DNA of 64,000 nucleotides from Spirochaetaceae bacterium. GTDB taxonomy: Bacteria > Spirochaetota > Spirochaetia > DSM-2461. This document shows, one piece after another, positions 10,994-20,936 of this stretch. The translations under genes were made by a program, and so were the position numbers. The notes beneath the pieces were generated by a model. It searched no databases, was not told the origin of the DNA, and saw only the letters and a list, made by a program, of their open reading frames with translations. The stretch spans positions 384,001 to 448,000 of the forward strand of contig JAOPTT010000009.1 in the NCBI GenBank assembly GCA_051531975.1. Reading direction: 5' to 3'. Within the stretch, counting starts at the first letter, position 1; every line of letters begins with the position of its first letter.

Positions 10994-11015
10994 CTTTAAT
11001 ATGATAAGAGTAGGA

Positions 11016-12038
11016 CTATTTTATAGCTCTAACTTGTTTAACTACTTCTTGTAGTTCAGGTGATAATGCATCGTATAATGGTTTCATAGCTGCTTGGAAA
11101 TCAGCGTTATTATCTAAGTAGAAAATCTCATTTCCGTTAGCTATAACTTTTGCAGCAGCTTCTTTTTCATAATCAGACCATGCTTTAATTTGGAAAGCCA
11201 TACTGTCTTTAGAAGCTTGCATAATTAATTTTTGGTCAGCAGCAGTTAATTTATCCATAGACATTTTACTTGCAATTGTAATTTCAGGTACTCTTAAATG
11301 CTCATCTAATGTGTAGTATTTTGCTACTTCATAGTGACTTGCAGAGTAATAACTTGGCCAGTTGTTTTCAGCACCATCGATAACACCAGTTTGGATAGCA
11401 CTATAAACTTCACCATAAGGCATTGGAGTTGCAACAGCACCTAAAGCTTCAACTAAAGCAATATTTAAAGCACTTTCCATAACTCTAAATTTTAATCCTT
11501 TTAAGTCAGCCATGCTTTTAATTGGTCGTACAGAGTTATAGAAACTTCTAGCTCCACCATCAAACCAACTTAAACCAACAAAACCTGAAGGTATTAAGCT
11601 TGCTAAGAAATCATCACCAACACTACTATTTAATACTTTCCACATATGCTCAGTATTTCTATATAAATATGGCATTTGTAAAGCATCAAAGTTTGGTGAG
11701 AATGCAGTTAAAGGTGCAATACTAACTCTAGTAAAATCGATTGCTCCAAATTGTACTTGCTCTATTACTGCTTTTTCTTCTCCTAACTGTGAACCAGGAT
11801 AAACTTCAATTTTAATTCTACCGTTTGATCTCTCTTCAACTAGTCTCGCAAATTCATAATCCCCTTGAGTTGTTGGGTAATCTGCTGCATGAGTTTCTGC
11901 TAATCTAAGTACTATAGTCTTAGGAGCCGCTGCTTTTTTCTCAACAGGTGCAGGTGCATCTGCTTCATTGTTTCCACTTGCAAATACGACTGTTATACTA
12001 CAAAGCATAACCATTAAAGTTAAAAGTTGTTTCTTCAT
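11016..12038 (-). CDS. dctP: TRAP transporter substrate-binding protein, probably for sugar acids
   Basis: VYPGSQLGEE, GLKFRV (conserved Arg), MPYGEVYSAIQTGVIDGAENN. Confidence 0.93.
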   Translation of the reverse strand: MKKQLLTLMVMLCSITVVFASGNNEADAPAPVEKKAAAPKTIVLRLAETHAADYPTTQGDYEFARLVEERSNGRIKIEVYPGSQLGEEKAVIEQVQFGAIDFTRVSIAPLTAFSPNFDALQMPYLYRNTEHMWKVLNSSVGDDFLASLIPSGFVGLSWFDGGARSFYNSVRPIKSMADLKGLKFRVMESALNIALVEALGAVATPMPYGEVYSAIQTGVIDGAENNWPSYYSASHYEVAKYYTLDEHLRVPEITIASKMSMDKLTAADQKLIMQASKDSMAFQIKAWSDYEKEAAAKVIANGNEIFYLDNNADFQAAMKPLYDALSPELQEVVKQVRAIK

Positions 12039-12177
12039 TTAAATCCTCCAAGATTTTGTTATTAAGTAATGATAACCTTGGAATTTGAATTCCCGCTCTG
12101 TAGTAAAATATTATATTCAGCACTTTATTGCTTTAAATGAATATTTTATTATCAATTAATACTTAATAATCTTCACT

Positions 12178-13734
12178 TTATTGTTTATTTAGCATTTTTT
12201 TGTTTTTATAGTCACTAGGGGAGATGTTTTCCACCTTTTTAAATACCCTTGTAAAATAATTAGGATCATTATATCCAATAGATGCCGTTATCTCTTTCAT
12301 GGATAAATTTGTCTCCCGTAATAACTCTTTTGATTTTTTTATTCTAACTTCAGTTAGATAGTGAACGAAATTTTTTCCAGTTTCTACTTTGAATATTTTA
12401 CTAAAATAAAATGTTGAGAGATTACAATACATCGCAGTCTCTTCTAGGCTTATATCATTTTTAAAATTTGACTGTATAAATTCACAAGCACGTCTTATAG
12501 CTGGGCTATTCTCTATTTGGTACATTTCAGAAATCTTATCTAAAATCTCGTTTAAAAATATCTTAATAGAAGTTATTAATTCGTGCAATGTTACTGCATC
12601 GTTAATATCAACAGTATCAATATTACACTCACCATTTGGAAACTGTGTTGATGCTGCATGTCGTAAAATGATAACTAAACTTTTACAAGCGTGTCTCTTT
12701 GCATCAAAACTAATACCTGGTCTTTGTAACCACAATTCTAACTCTTCAAATAATTCTTCTGTTTTTGTTTTATTAATAGCTATAATAGATTGTTCTAAAT
12801 TTATCTCTAATTCAATAGGAAGATGTTCAGACTTAAGATCATTTTTTTTGTCTACAGTACATAAAATACTTTTAGCTTGTGTAAATGACCCAAGAGCCAT
12901 ATCTGAATTAAAGAATGTAGACCCATAACCAATTATAGACTCAATATTTATATCTACTTTAATTTTTTTTCTTATTATATCTGATATCTCTTCTAGGTTA
13001 ATTTCTAATTTATTGTTAGAACTAAAAATTAATATATATATATTGTTTAATTCCATATTAAATCTAAAACACAATTCATATTTAATTAAAACATTGTTTA
13101 TAATATGCAGACATCTTTTTTTTAGTATGTGTTTCTGATAGTCGGATTGAATGCTTATAGGATAACTTTCGTAGTCTAGTTTCAAAATGAACCCTCGACC
13201 CTGGGTAAAATCCATATCTAGAATAGTTGTATAATCTCTAAACTTATCCTTACTCATATTTCTTGTTGCAAGATTATATATAAACTCAGAGCTTAAATAG
13301 TCAGTTGCTTTATTTAGCTTTATCTCTATATTTTCCTTATGTCTATTTTCTATGTTCCTTTTTAATAACTTTTTAGTAACCTTATTCATTACTTCAATTA
13401 TTCTACTCTCCGATGAAGGTTTAATAATATAATCCTCGACATTAATTTTTATAGCTTCGTGGGCATAGTCAAACTGGTGGAAAGCTGTTAAAAAAATTAT
13501 TGCAATATTTTCATTTTTCTCTCTTATTTTCCACCCAGCTTCAATCCCATTTATACCGGGCATATTAATATCTAGAATTACTATATCGGGTTTACATGCT
13601 TGTGCTTTACTAATAGCTTCTCTACCGTTGGTAGCTTCATCTATGTCTATAATATTATCTATACTCTTTGATATTATATACTTTAGGGCATCTCGCTCTA
13701 ACTGTTCATCATCTGCTATTAGTAGTTTAAACAA
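12178..13734 (-). CDS. YesN-like response regulator (receiver + AraC HTH)
   Basis: IADDE, LDINMPGING and IIKP motifs; C-terminal YFSKIFK / GYNDPNYFTRVFKK. Start moved to TTG 13734, which follows GGAGGAG. Confidence 0.9.
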   Translation of the reverse strand: MFKLLIADDEQLERDALKYIISKSIDNIIDIDEATNGREAISKAQACKPDIVILDINMPGINGIEAGWKIREKNENIAIIFLTAFHQFDYAHEAIKINVEDYIIKPSSESRIIEVMNKVTKKLLKRNIENRHKENIEIKLNKATDYLSSEFIYNLATRNMSKDKFRDYTTILDMDFTQGRGFILKLDYESYPISIQSDYQKHILKKRCLHIINNVLIKYELCFRFNMELNNIYILIFSSNNKLEINLEEISDIIRKKIKVDINIESIIGYGSTFFNSDMALGSFTQAKSILCTVDKKNDLKSEHLPIELEINLEQSIIAINKTKTEELFEELELWLQRPGISFDAKRHACKSLVIILRHAASTQFPNGECNIDTVDINDAVTLHELITSIKIFLNEILDKISEMYQIENSPAIRRACEFIQSNFKNDISLEETAMYCNLSTFYFSKIFKVETGKNFVHYLTEVRIKKSKELLRETNLSMKEITASIGYNDPNYFTRVFKKVENISPSDYKNKKMLNKQ

Positions 13735-15187
13735 AGTTCTCCTCCGGAATGATAAATGTAATTGATGTTCCATCATTTATATTGCTTACTATTTTAAAAT
13801 CCTCTTTACCACTGAATTTAAGAGATAATCTTTTTCTTACATTTGTTAAACCAATACTTGTGGATTCCTTAGAGCTTTCTATAGGCTTTGTTGTATCAAA
13901 TCCAATCCCAGTATCTTTTACTTCAATAGTTATATTTTGACCAATTGGTGTTATATTTATAATAATGTCCCCACCTTCTTCCTTTGGTTCTATTCCGTGT
14001 TTAACAGCATTTTCAACTAAAGGCTGTAGTGTAAATATTGGAACATAGAGTCTTTTAGTATCTACTTCGTTGTTATTAATACTAAAATTTATTCTATCCC
14101 CATACCTTGTTTTTTGGATGAACATATACTCTTCTAATATATTAAGCTCTTCTTTTAGAGTTACTACCTTATCTTGATAATTTAAGTTATATCTAAAAAT
14201 ATTAGAGAGGCACTCTATTAGTCTTACAGTTTTAGGTGCTTGTTCAAACATAGACGTTCTAGAAATCGTATTTAATGTATTAAATAGAAAATGTGGATTG
14301 ATTTGGGATTGCAGACTTAAAAATTGCGCCTCTTTTAACGATTTACCCATATCAATTAGTTTAACTTCATCTTCTAGGTGTTGTTTCTCAATATTAGCTT
14401 TATCTTTAAGACTATCAACCATAATATTTATATTAGTACTCATATCGTTAAAACTTTCTGTTAATATACCAATTTCATCGTTTGAGGTTGATTTTATTGT
14501 TTCTACATTTAAGTTCCCATTAGCCATTAGTTTAGAGTTTTTTGCTAGGTCAATAATTGGTTTTGTAAGGTTTCTTGAAAAAAAGTTACTAAACAATAGT
14601 GATACGATGCCAATAACTGCAATTGATATAAAGCTTATCTCTCGTATTTTTGATAGAACCTCTTTTTGCTTGTTTTGTAGCTTAGAACTTTCATTTAATC
14701 TAATCTTAATTAATGTATCTAAATACGTCATTATATAGTCTTTTACTCTTCTGGCCCGAAGTGATTCAGTTACAAAAGTTTCTTGATCCTTATTGATACT
14801 ATCCATAGCTTTTCTAGTACTTTCACCGTATGCGATCATACCATATCTTATAGCTTCGATCTGAAAAAATGTATCCTGGGTTGAATTTGCTCTGTTTTTT
14901 ACATCAGACCAAGAACTCCATACAGGGTTAATTGATTCTTCGAACAGTTTGATGTTTTCAGGTGTATGAGCTTTTATTGCCTGTTCAAATCTTAAACTAT
15001 TATTTTTTATATTACTTGAAAGAATTTGAATTGAAGCTGTTTTTACTAAATCCTCCTCGTATATTTTTAGGTAACCAAAGGCGTTACTTAAAATATATAA
15101 AAAGAGAGAGATTACTGAAAAAATTAATATTGAAAAAAAGAAGACTAGTTTTCTTCTTATAGAGGTTCCACGCATAATGCTAATCAT
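13727..15187 (-). CDS. YesM/LytS-like sensor histidine kinase
   Basis: Two TM segments, HAMP, LQSQINPHFLFNTLN, LQPLVENAVKHG, DTGIG. Confidence 0.93.
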   Translation of the reverse strand: MISIMRGTSIRRKLVFFFSILIFSVISLFLYILSNAFGYLKIYEEDLVKTASIQILSSNIKNNSLRFEQAIKAHTPENIKLFEESINPVWSSWSDVKNRANSTQDTFFQIEAIRYGMIAYGESTRKAMDSINKDQETFVTESLRARRVKDYIMTYLDTLIKIRLNESSKLQNKQKEVLSKIREISFISIAVIGIVSLLFSNFFSRNLTKPIIDLAKNSKLMANGNLNVETIKSTSNDEIGILTESFNDMSTNINIMVDSLKDKANIEKQHLEDEVKLIDMGKSLKEAQFLSLQSQINPHFLFNTLNTISRTSMFEQAPKTVRLIECLSNIFRYNLNYQDKVVTLKEELNILEEYMFIQKTRYGDRINFSINNNEVDTKRLYVPIFTLQPLVENAVKHGIEPKEEGGDIIINITPIGQNITIEVKDTGIGFDTTKPIESSKESTSIGLTNVRKRLSLKFSGKEDFKIVSNINDGTSITFIIPEENFV

Positions 15188-15256
15188 TATACTATGATTT
15201 TAGTTTATTAGTAGTAAAACATTACTTATTAACTATCTTTTGAAGATCAGGATAAG

Positions 15257-15676
15257 TTATTTATCCTGATTAATTAGTTTTCCACTTTTAAAATCTAGTG
15301 ATCTATAATAACAATTCCTTGCCTGTTTTTGTTCATTTTTAGTATGGCAGATATTTTCAGACTGGGGTTTAACTTTAAATACCAAAGAGTTCTGTTCACA
15401 ATTTACTAAAACTTCTAGTAGATCAAAAGTAGCACCGGATGTAGCACCTTTTACCCATAACTCATTTCTAGACGTACTCCAAAATGTTGCTATTTTAGTT
15501 TTAACTGAAGTATCTAGTGCTAGTTTATTAACATAAGCGATTAAAATGACCTCTTTTGTATCGATATTTTGAACAGCTACTGGTATAACCTTTTGTTCTT
15601 TCTTACCTATAAAGTCTATCTTATTAAAGTCTAGTGTTAATTCTACACCCTCTTCTAATATATAATGATCGCCCAT
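15257..15676 (-). CDS. hisI: Phosphoribosyl-AMP cyclohydrolase (HisI family, atypical metal motif)
   Basis: PVAVQ, FWSTSRNELWVKGATSG and C..CH..C are present, but NCEQN replaces DCDxD. Confidence 0.8.
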   Translation of the reverse strand: MGDHYILEEGVELTLDFNKIDFIGKKEQKVIPVAVQNIDTKEVILIAYVNKLALDTSVKTKIATFWSTSRNELWVKGATSGATFDLLEVLVNCEQNSLVFKVKPQSENICHTKNEQKQARNCYYRSLDFKSGKLINQDK

Positions 15677-15852
15677 AATTCACTCCAATATTATGTGAAT
15701 AATAGGTAAAGTTTAATTCTGAGTCAAGTGGCATTGCTTCTTAATATATACTGTTAAAAGGTTTATTTAATTTATACTAAAAAAATAAATTTAAATCTTT
15801 TGTAATAAAAATGAATTAGACCAAAATCTATATAATATGGTATTATCGGAAC

Positions 15853-18800
15853 ATGATAAAAAAACTATTTATAATCTTATTTATTTTGTTCCCAGTATGT
15901 CTTTTTTCTTCAACAAATAAAGAGATCAAAGAGAGTATAGCTCCAATGGGTCTTGGTGATGGTTTCTTATGGAACACAGATAACCCTACCAGTTTAGATT
16001 CTAGTGACAAAGTCAGAGGATCTAATAGTTTAGAAGAAGAAATCCTCTATTTTAAAAAGACACTGTCAGGGGATAAAATAACCCATAAAGAGACTTTTAA
16101 TATTCCAGTTGCTAGACGTGTAGTTATTACATCTGCTAGCCAAAAAGGGTCTAGAATAACGTTGATTGATAGAATGTCCGGTGTATTAAAATCTGGATCT
16201 AATAGGATTGAAATTGATTTAGATGCTGGAGAGTATCAACTACAAATAGAAAACCAAAAAACTGATAGCCCAACTGTTACTGTTTATGGATATCATGAAG
16301 TTAATAATATAAAAGAGCAGGATTTTTTCTTAAATTCAAAACCGGGTGAATATTTAGATCTAAGTTTAACTGGTAATCAACAGCGTAGCTTCTGGGTGAA
16401 AGCAGAAAAAGACGAACCAGTTATATTTGAAGCCTTAGGTAGAAATATAAATCATATTTCCATTTGGAAAGACGGACTTTGGAAGGTGAAAACTGACTTT
16501 AGAGTTGTTAAGAAAGAGATAATTAAGGGGCAACCACTAAATTTTATAGAGTTTAATAATAGTTTGACAGAAGGTACTTACCTTATTAAGGTTTCTGGAA
16601 CATTAGATAACAGGTGGTCAGTAGAGAAAAGTAAAAATAAAAATCCACTCTATGTTAGAACCACGCCAATAACTATAAAGCAAGGGCAGGCTACAAGTGT
16701 TTTAATATCACCTTTTGGTTTTGATTCTTATATGTATCAGAGAGCCAATTATTTTGTTGCAGCTCCAAAAACAAAAAGCACTATCTATTTAAAAACTTCA
16801 GATTATAGTATTGGATATTCCAGATATAGGGATAACCGTATTGCCAAATTAGATGCAGAAGATTATGAAAGACAGTGTATATTAGAAGGTAGGTATAGCT
16901 CTAATTTAAGTAACTTAATATTAGAAGGAACTCCTGGCACAGTTGTTAAATTAGGTGTCTTTAATGTTACATCAGACGATTCTTTAGACTTAAATGGTAA
17001 AGATGGTAGAAGACGTTATTTTATTAATGCATTTATTCCTGTAGCCGGAGAAAACAGCATAGATATTACTCCTTTATTAAATAACAACGAAAAAGAGGTA
17101 ATAAAATCTGGATTTTTACCATTAGGTCCTGGTGAACCAATAGTTCGATTATATAACCTAAAAAATGGTGCTCCATATTTTATTCATGTAAAAAAATCCG
17201 GGACTTATGCTATACAAGAACTTGGGGATGAAACAAATGCAAATGCAATTTTTAATATAAAAAATCTAAGGAATTTATATGATTATCAGGATCTAGAAAA
17301 TTATGTATCAGGTGATTCTATTAAATTAAAAGAGGGCTTTTATCTACTAAATATAAACCCCCAAAAATACGGGATACATAACTTTGTTTTTTTTAGTAAA
17401 CCATTTACAGCACTCTCTACTGGTGCGCTACTTAAATCTGCCCAAAGGCACAATAAGTCAAACAAAGCAGAAAAACTCTCCAGCTTTAATTGGTCTGAAG
17501 TAATATTAAATAATAATAGAACTAGTGATTTTCAACTCTTTTTTAATACACGGGATAAAAAGGTCGTAAATTTTATTGAACTTCCAATAGATGTTAGTAA
17601 TAACCATCTTCCCCTAGTATTAATGCCAAATGAGAGTGTTTCATTACCAATGGAAACTGTTAAAGACTCTAAGTTCATTATCAGTGGAAAAAACTATAAA
17701 TTAACAGATTCTAATGGTCGTTCTATCTCAACAATATCTAGTGGTGGTATATTTGATGTTATATTAACAAATATTGGAACTAGCCGAGAGTTATATACTA
17801 TAGGTACAGAGCCAATAACATCAAAAGTTATCAATAAAAAACCTACTAAAAAAATAATGGATTCCTTACCTAAGTTAGTTAATGGTTCTACCACATATGT
17901 TGATTTTGATAGAGGACAAACACTGACCTATCTATTAACAGTTGATAAGTCTGGTTTATATAGAGTTGAAACTACAGGTCGACTACGTACAAGTGTATCT
18001 ATTAGAACTGCAAATATTACAAGTTTATACTCTGGAACTGAAAATGGTATTGGACGTAACGGTTTAATAAATACATTTTTAAAACCTGGACAGTATTTAA
18101 TTGAAATTAAAACTAAAGGCAATAGTAAAGGTCGAGCGGGTATATCAATTCATGAAAATGAACTAGTTAATGCAAATCAACTTGGAGTTGGTGATACCCA
18201 TAGAATTGAAGTTGCTAAAAATAGCGCACTAAAATTTCCTATAAGTATAAAAGAGTTAGGAGAGTATCAGTTTTCAACTCTACTACTAAATTCTAACTCA
18301 AAATTAAGATTAGAAGATAAAGATGGTTGGCCTATCTATATTAATAATTCTGGTACATCTAGTTTCTGGGCAAAATTAGAACCAGATGATTATACATACT
18401 ATTCACTTCCTAAAAATAGAAGTGCCAGAAGAGTTACAACTATTAATAAAAAAACTGAAACAGAAAAAGGTGTAATTCCTCTAAATAGTTCTGTTAGTGA
18501 TCTTTGGTTAGAGAGTGAAACAAGGGTCCCAAATAGTTTCAACTTCAGTTTTAAAGCTTTTCATAAAGGATATATTAATTTTTCTGAGGGTTTTGAAGCT
18601 TGGGTAGAAAATATTGCTGGTGAGAAACTTTTTCATTCGGATAATAAACGAATTAAGTATGAGTTAGAACCAGGAGATTATTCATTAAAGATCAGAACTA
18701 TAGAGGTTGATAATAAAAGAAGGTATAACCTTGAAATTTATACACCAGAATTGGCCGTCGATAATATTCGTAAAGTCCAGGTTCCAGGTGAATATGAGGT

Positions 18801-20934
18801 AAGTATTGGATCTAATTCTGTTGTTGATATTTGGAGTTTTGGTGATACTGATTTAGAAGCATATCTGTACTCTGATGATAAACTTTTAGAGTATAACAAC
18901 GATAGCCCAGGGGACTGGAACTTTTTTATGTCAAAGAAGTTAAATAAAGGTATGTATAAACTTATATTAAAAGGCAATAAAAGAGGATCAAGTTCCATAT
19001 TTGTAAAAGAGAGAATTAGCGGTGCTGGTAAAAATATACAACTCCCATATAAAAATGAAATAGATATATCCGATGATGTAGTTGTATATAATATACCTGT
19101 TACAACTGGAATTAAACCTATCAATATAATTGCAGAAAGTAGTAAAGATATATTTATATACTTATATAAAGGTACAGAAAAGATAGCCCAGAGCGTTAAC
19201 CAACTAGCAATACCAATTGGTGGGGATAGTTATTCTGTACAGTTTGTTCAAAGAAGTAATTCAGGAACTAAAGTTAATATCTCTATAGAGTACCCAGAGT
19301 TAAGTTTATTAGATTTTAATTCATCAAGAACTGTAGTTAATAGTAAGGCTGCCAGATTAGAAAATAAAAATGGATTAAATTATTATTTAAATGCAGAGGA
19401 CGTACTATATTCCTCTGGAGTTGATAGAATAATGTCGACATTAACAGCACTTAGTGTTAATACAAAGGATAATTTTGGTTATCTACTTTCAACGACTTCT
19501 GTAATCGGTAATTTAGAATCTAGACCAGTAGAGCTAGAGTCAGGAAAAGGACAAACTGTAGATGTCTTTACTGATTCAGTTGGTTTTAAACTTACAAATC
19601 CTACAAATAACTTAACACTAGTCAAAGCTGTTAGCCCAGGATCAATGTTAGGATTAGAAATTGATAATAAAGGTATAAATTGGGAGCAGTCCTGGACTTC
19701 TGATGCTAAATCTTTAGTGGTCATCAATCCTAATAAAAAAATAATTGGGACTATGTGGAATGGTAATCAAACTAAAACTAAAGCAAGTTTAATTAGTAAA
19801 AACTACTCTGTGACAAAAATACAAAGTATTACTGAAGGTGGAACTTACCAAATAGAGAAATCTGAAGCTAAAGTATTTGATTTAGATTCAAAAGGGTACT
19901 CAGTTGTTCTTAGTAAAGGGTGTGTTGCATCTATTTGGCAAAAAGATAAGCTAATCAAAACATATTATGCAAATACCGATGACTCAAGCTTTTCCTTGGC
20001 TGAAGGTTTGTACTCAATAGGCGTTATTAATTTAACAAATCAAAAAGGTCTGATAAATTTTCAGGTTGGAGACAGTGGATCATTTACAACCGTTGTTGGA
20101 TTAGACCACGACTTTGAAAGTTATTTTACAGAAGCTGGTACCAAGATCTTTAACATAGCAGAGACAACTGGTAATAATCTGCTTCATCTATATGGAGATA
20201 TAAATAGTATAAAAATATTTGATAGTCGTGGTACGTATAAAGAGATATTACAACCAGATAGGTTAATTTCTTTAGATATTAAAGGTGGCAGAATAGAAGT
20301 ATCCTATAATCCTGGATTATTAAGAGTATGGGAAGGTCTAGAAAAAGATCGAGATACCACGTTTGCTACTGCAGGAAGATCAAAATCCAGCCAAAACTTA
20401 AACATTAAAGAACCAGTTTTTATTACGTTTAAAACTACTAATAGTGGTGTCTCTTCTATATTAAAAGATGGAGTCTTAGTAGGTTCCACACAAGGGTTAT
20501 ATCCACAGGGTCGAGTTTTAAACTACTATTTTAATAAAGGTAATTACCAGATTGTTTCTAGATCTATAGGTGGTGGATTACAATCTGGGGAGTTAATACA
20601 AAATAGACAAAAACCTATAGAACTTACAGGGGACTATGGTGATTCTGAACTATTTTTAAGTAGTGGTGAGAGTCACATATATAGTTTTAATGTTGTAACT
20701 GATAGTAAAATTGGTATAGGTGTTAAAACAAACAAAGATTATATAACAACAAAAATATACGATTCAGATTTTAACTTTCTAGATTCTGGAGCTCTTAATT
20801 TTATAGACTTAAAACAGGGGAAATATTTCATGATTGTAGAATCAGAAGATACAGTTAGATATACACCTGTTGTATATGGTTTAAATGGTTCAGTTCAAGC
20901 AGTTCCAGAAGATGTAATAAAAGGTTATAGGTAG
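15853..20934 (+). CDS. Large exported multi-beta-sandwich protein of unknown function
   Basis: 1693 aa with a signal peptide and about ten recurrences of an LxxGxYxLxI-like motif. Ends 2 nt before the alpha-2-macroglobulin gene. Confidence 0.75.
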   Translation: MIKKLFIILFILFPVCLFSSTNKEIKESIAPMGLGDGFLWNTDNPTSLDSSDKVRGSNSLEEEILYFKKTLSGDKITHKETFNIPVARRVVITSASQKGSRITLIDRMSGVLKSGSNRIEIDLDAGEYQLQIENQKTDSPTVTVYGYHEVNNIKEQDFFLNSKPGEYLDLSLTGNQQRSFWVKAEKDEPVIFEALGRNINHISIWKDGLWKVKTDFRVVKKEIIKGQPLNFIEFNNSLTEGTYLIKVSGTLDNRWSVEKSKNKNPLYVRTTPITIKQGQATSVLISPFGFDSYMYQRANYFVAAPKTKSTIYLKTSDYSIGYSRYRDNRIAKLDAEDYERQCILEGRYSSNLSNLILEGTPGTVVKLGVFNVTSDDSLDLNGKDGRRRYFINAFIPVAGENSIDITPLLNNNEKEVIKSGFLPLGPGEPIVRLYNLKNGAPYFIHVKKSGTYAIQELGDETNANAIFNIKNLRNLYDYQDLENYVSGDSIKLKEGFYLLNINPQKYGIHNFVFFSKPFTALSTGALLKSAQRHNKSNKAEKLSSFNWSEVILNNNRTSDFQLFFNTRDKKVVNFIELPIDVSNNHLPLVLMPNESVSLPMETVKDSKFIISGKNYKLTDSNGRSISTISSGGIFDVILTNIGTSRELYTIGTEPITSKVINKKPTKKIMDSLPKLVNGSTTYVDFDRGQTLTYLLTVDKSGLYRVETTGRLRTSVSIRTANITSLYSGTENGIGRNGLINTFLKPGQYLIEIKTKGNSKGRAGISIHENELVNANQLGVGDTHRIEVAKNSALKFPISIKELGEYQFSTLLLNSNSKLRLEDKDGWPIYINNSGTSSFWAKLEPDDYTYYSLPKNRSARRVTTINKKTETEKGVIPLNSSVSDLWLESETRVPNSFNFSFKAFHKGYINFSEGFEAWVENIAGEKLFHSDNKRIKYELEPGDYSLKIRTIEVDNKRRYNLEIYTPELAVDNIRKVQVPGEYEVSIGSNSVVDIWSFGDTDLEAYLYSDDKLLEYNNDSPGDWNFFMSKKLNKGMYKLILKGNKRGSSSIFVKERISGAGKNIQLPYKNEIDISDDVVVYNIPVTTGIKPINIIAESSKDIFIYLYKGTEKIAQSVNQLAIPIGGDSYSVQFVQRSNSGTKVNISIEYPELSLLDFNSSRTVVNSKAARLENKNGLNYYLNAEDVLYSSGVDRIMSTLTALSVNTKDNFGYLLSTTSVIGNLESRPVELESGKGQTVDVFTDSVGFKLTNPTNNLTLVKAVSPGSMLGLEIDNKGINWEQSWTSDAKSLVVINPNKKIIGTMWNGNQTKTKASLISKNYSVTKIQSITEGGTYQIEKSEAKVFDLDSKGYSVVLSKGCVASIWQKDKLIKTYYANTDDSSFSLAEGLYSIGVINLTNQKGLINFQVGDSGSFTTVVGLDHDFESYFTEAGTKIFNIAETTGNNLLHLYGDINSIKIFDSRGTYKEILQPDRLISLDIKGGRIEVSYNPGLLRVWEGLEKDRDTTFATAGRSKSSQNLNIKEPVFITFKTTNSGVSSILKDGVLVGSTQGLYPQGRVLNYYFNKGNYQIVSRSIGGGLQSGELIQNRQKPIELTGDYGDSELFLSSGESHIYSFNVVTDSKIGIGVKTNKDYITTKIYDSDFNFLDSGALNFIDLKQGKYFMIVESEDTVRYTPVVYGLNGSVQAVPEDVIKGYR

Positions 20935-20936
20935 AG

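Noticed and set aside
15843..15871. Sigma28-like TCCGATAA on the minus strand
   Set aside because: The TAAA spacing is wrong and it points at hisI rather than a motility gene.
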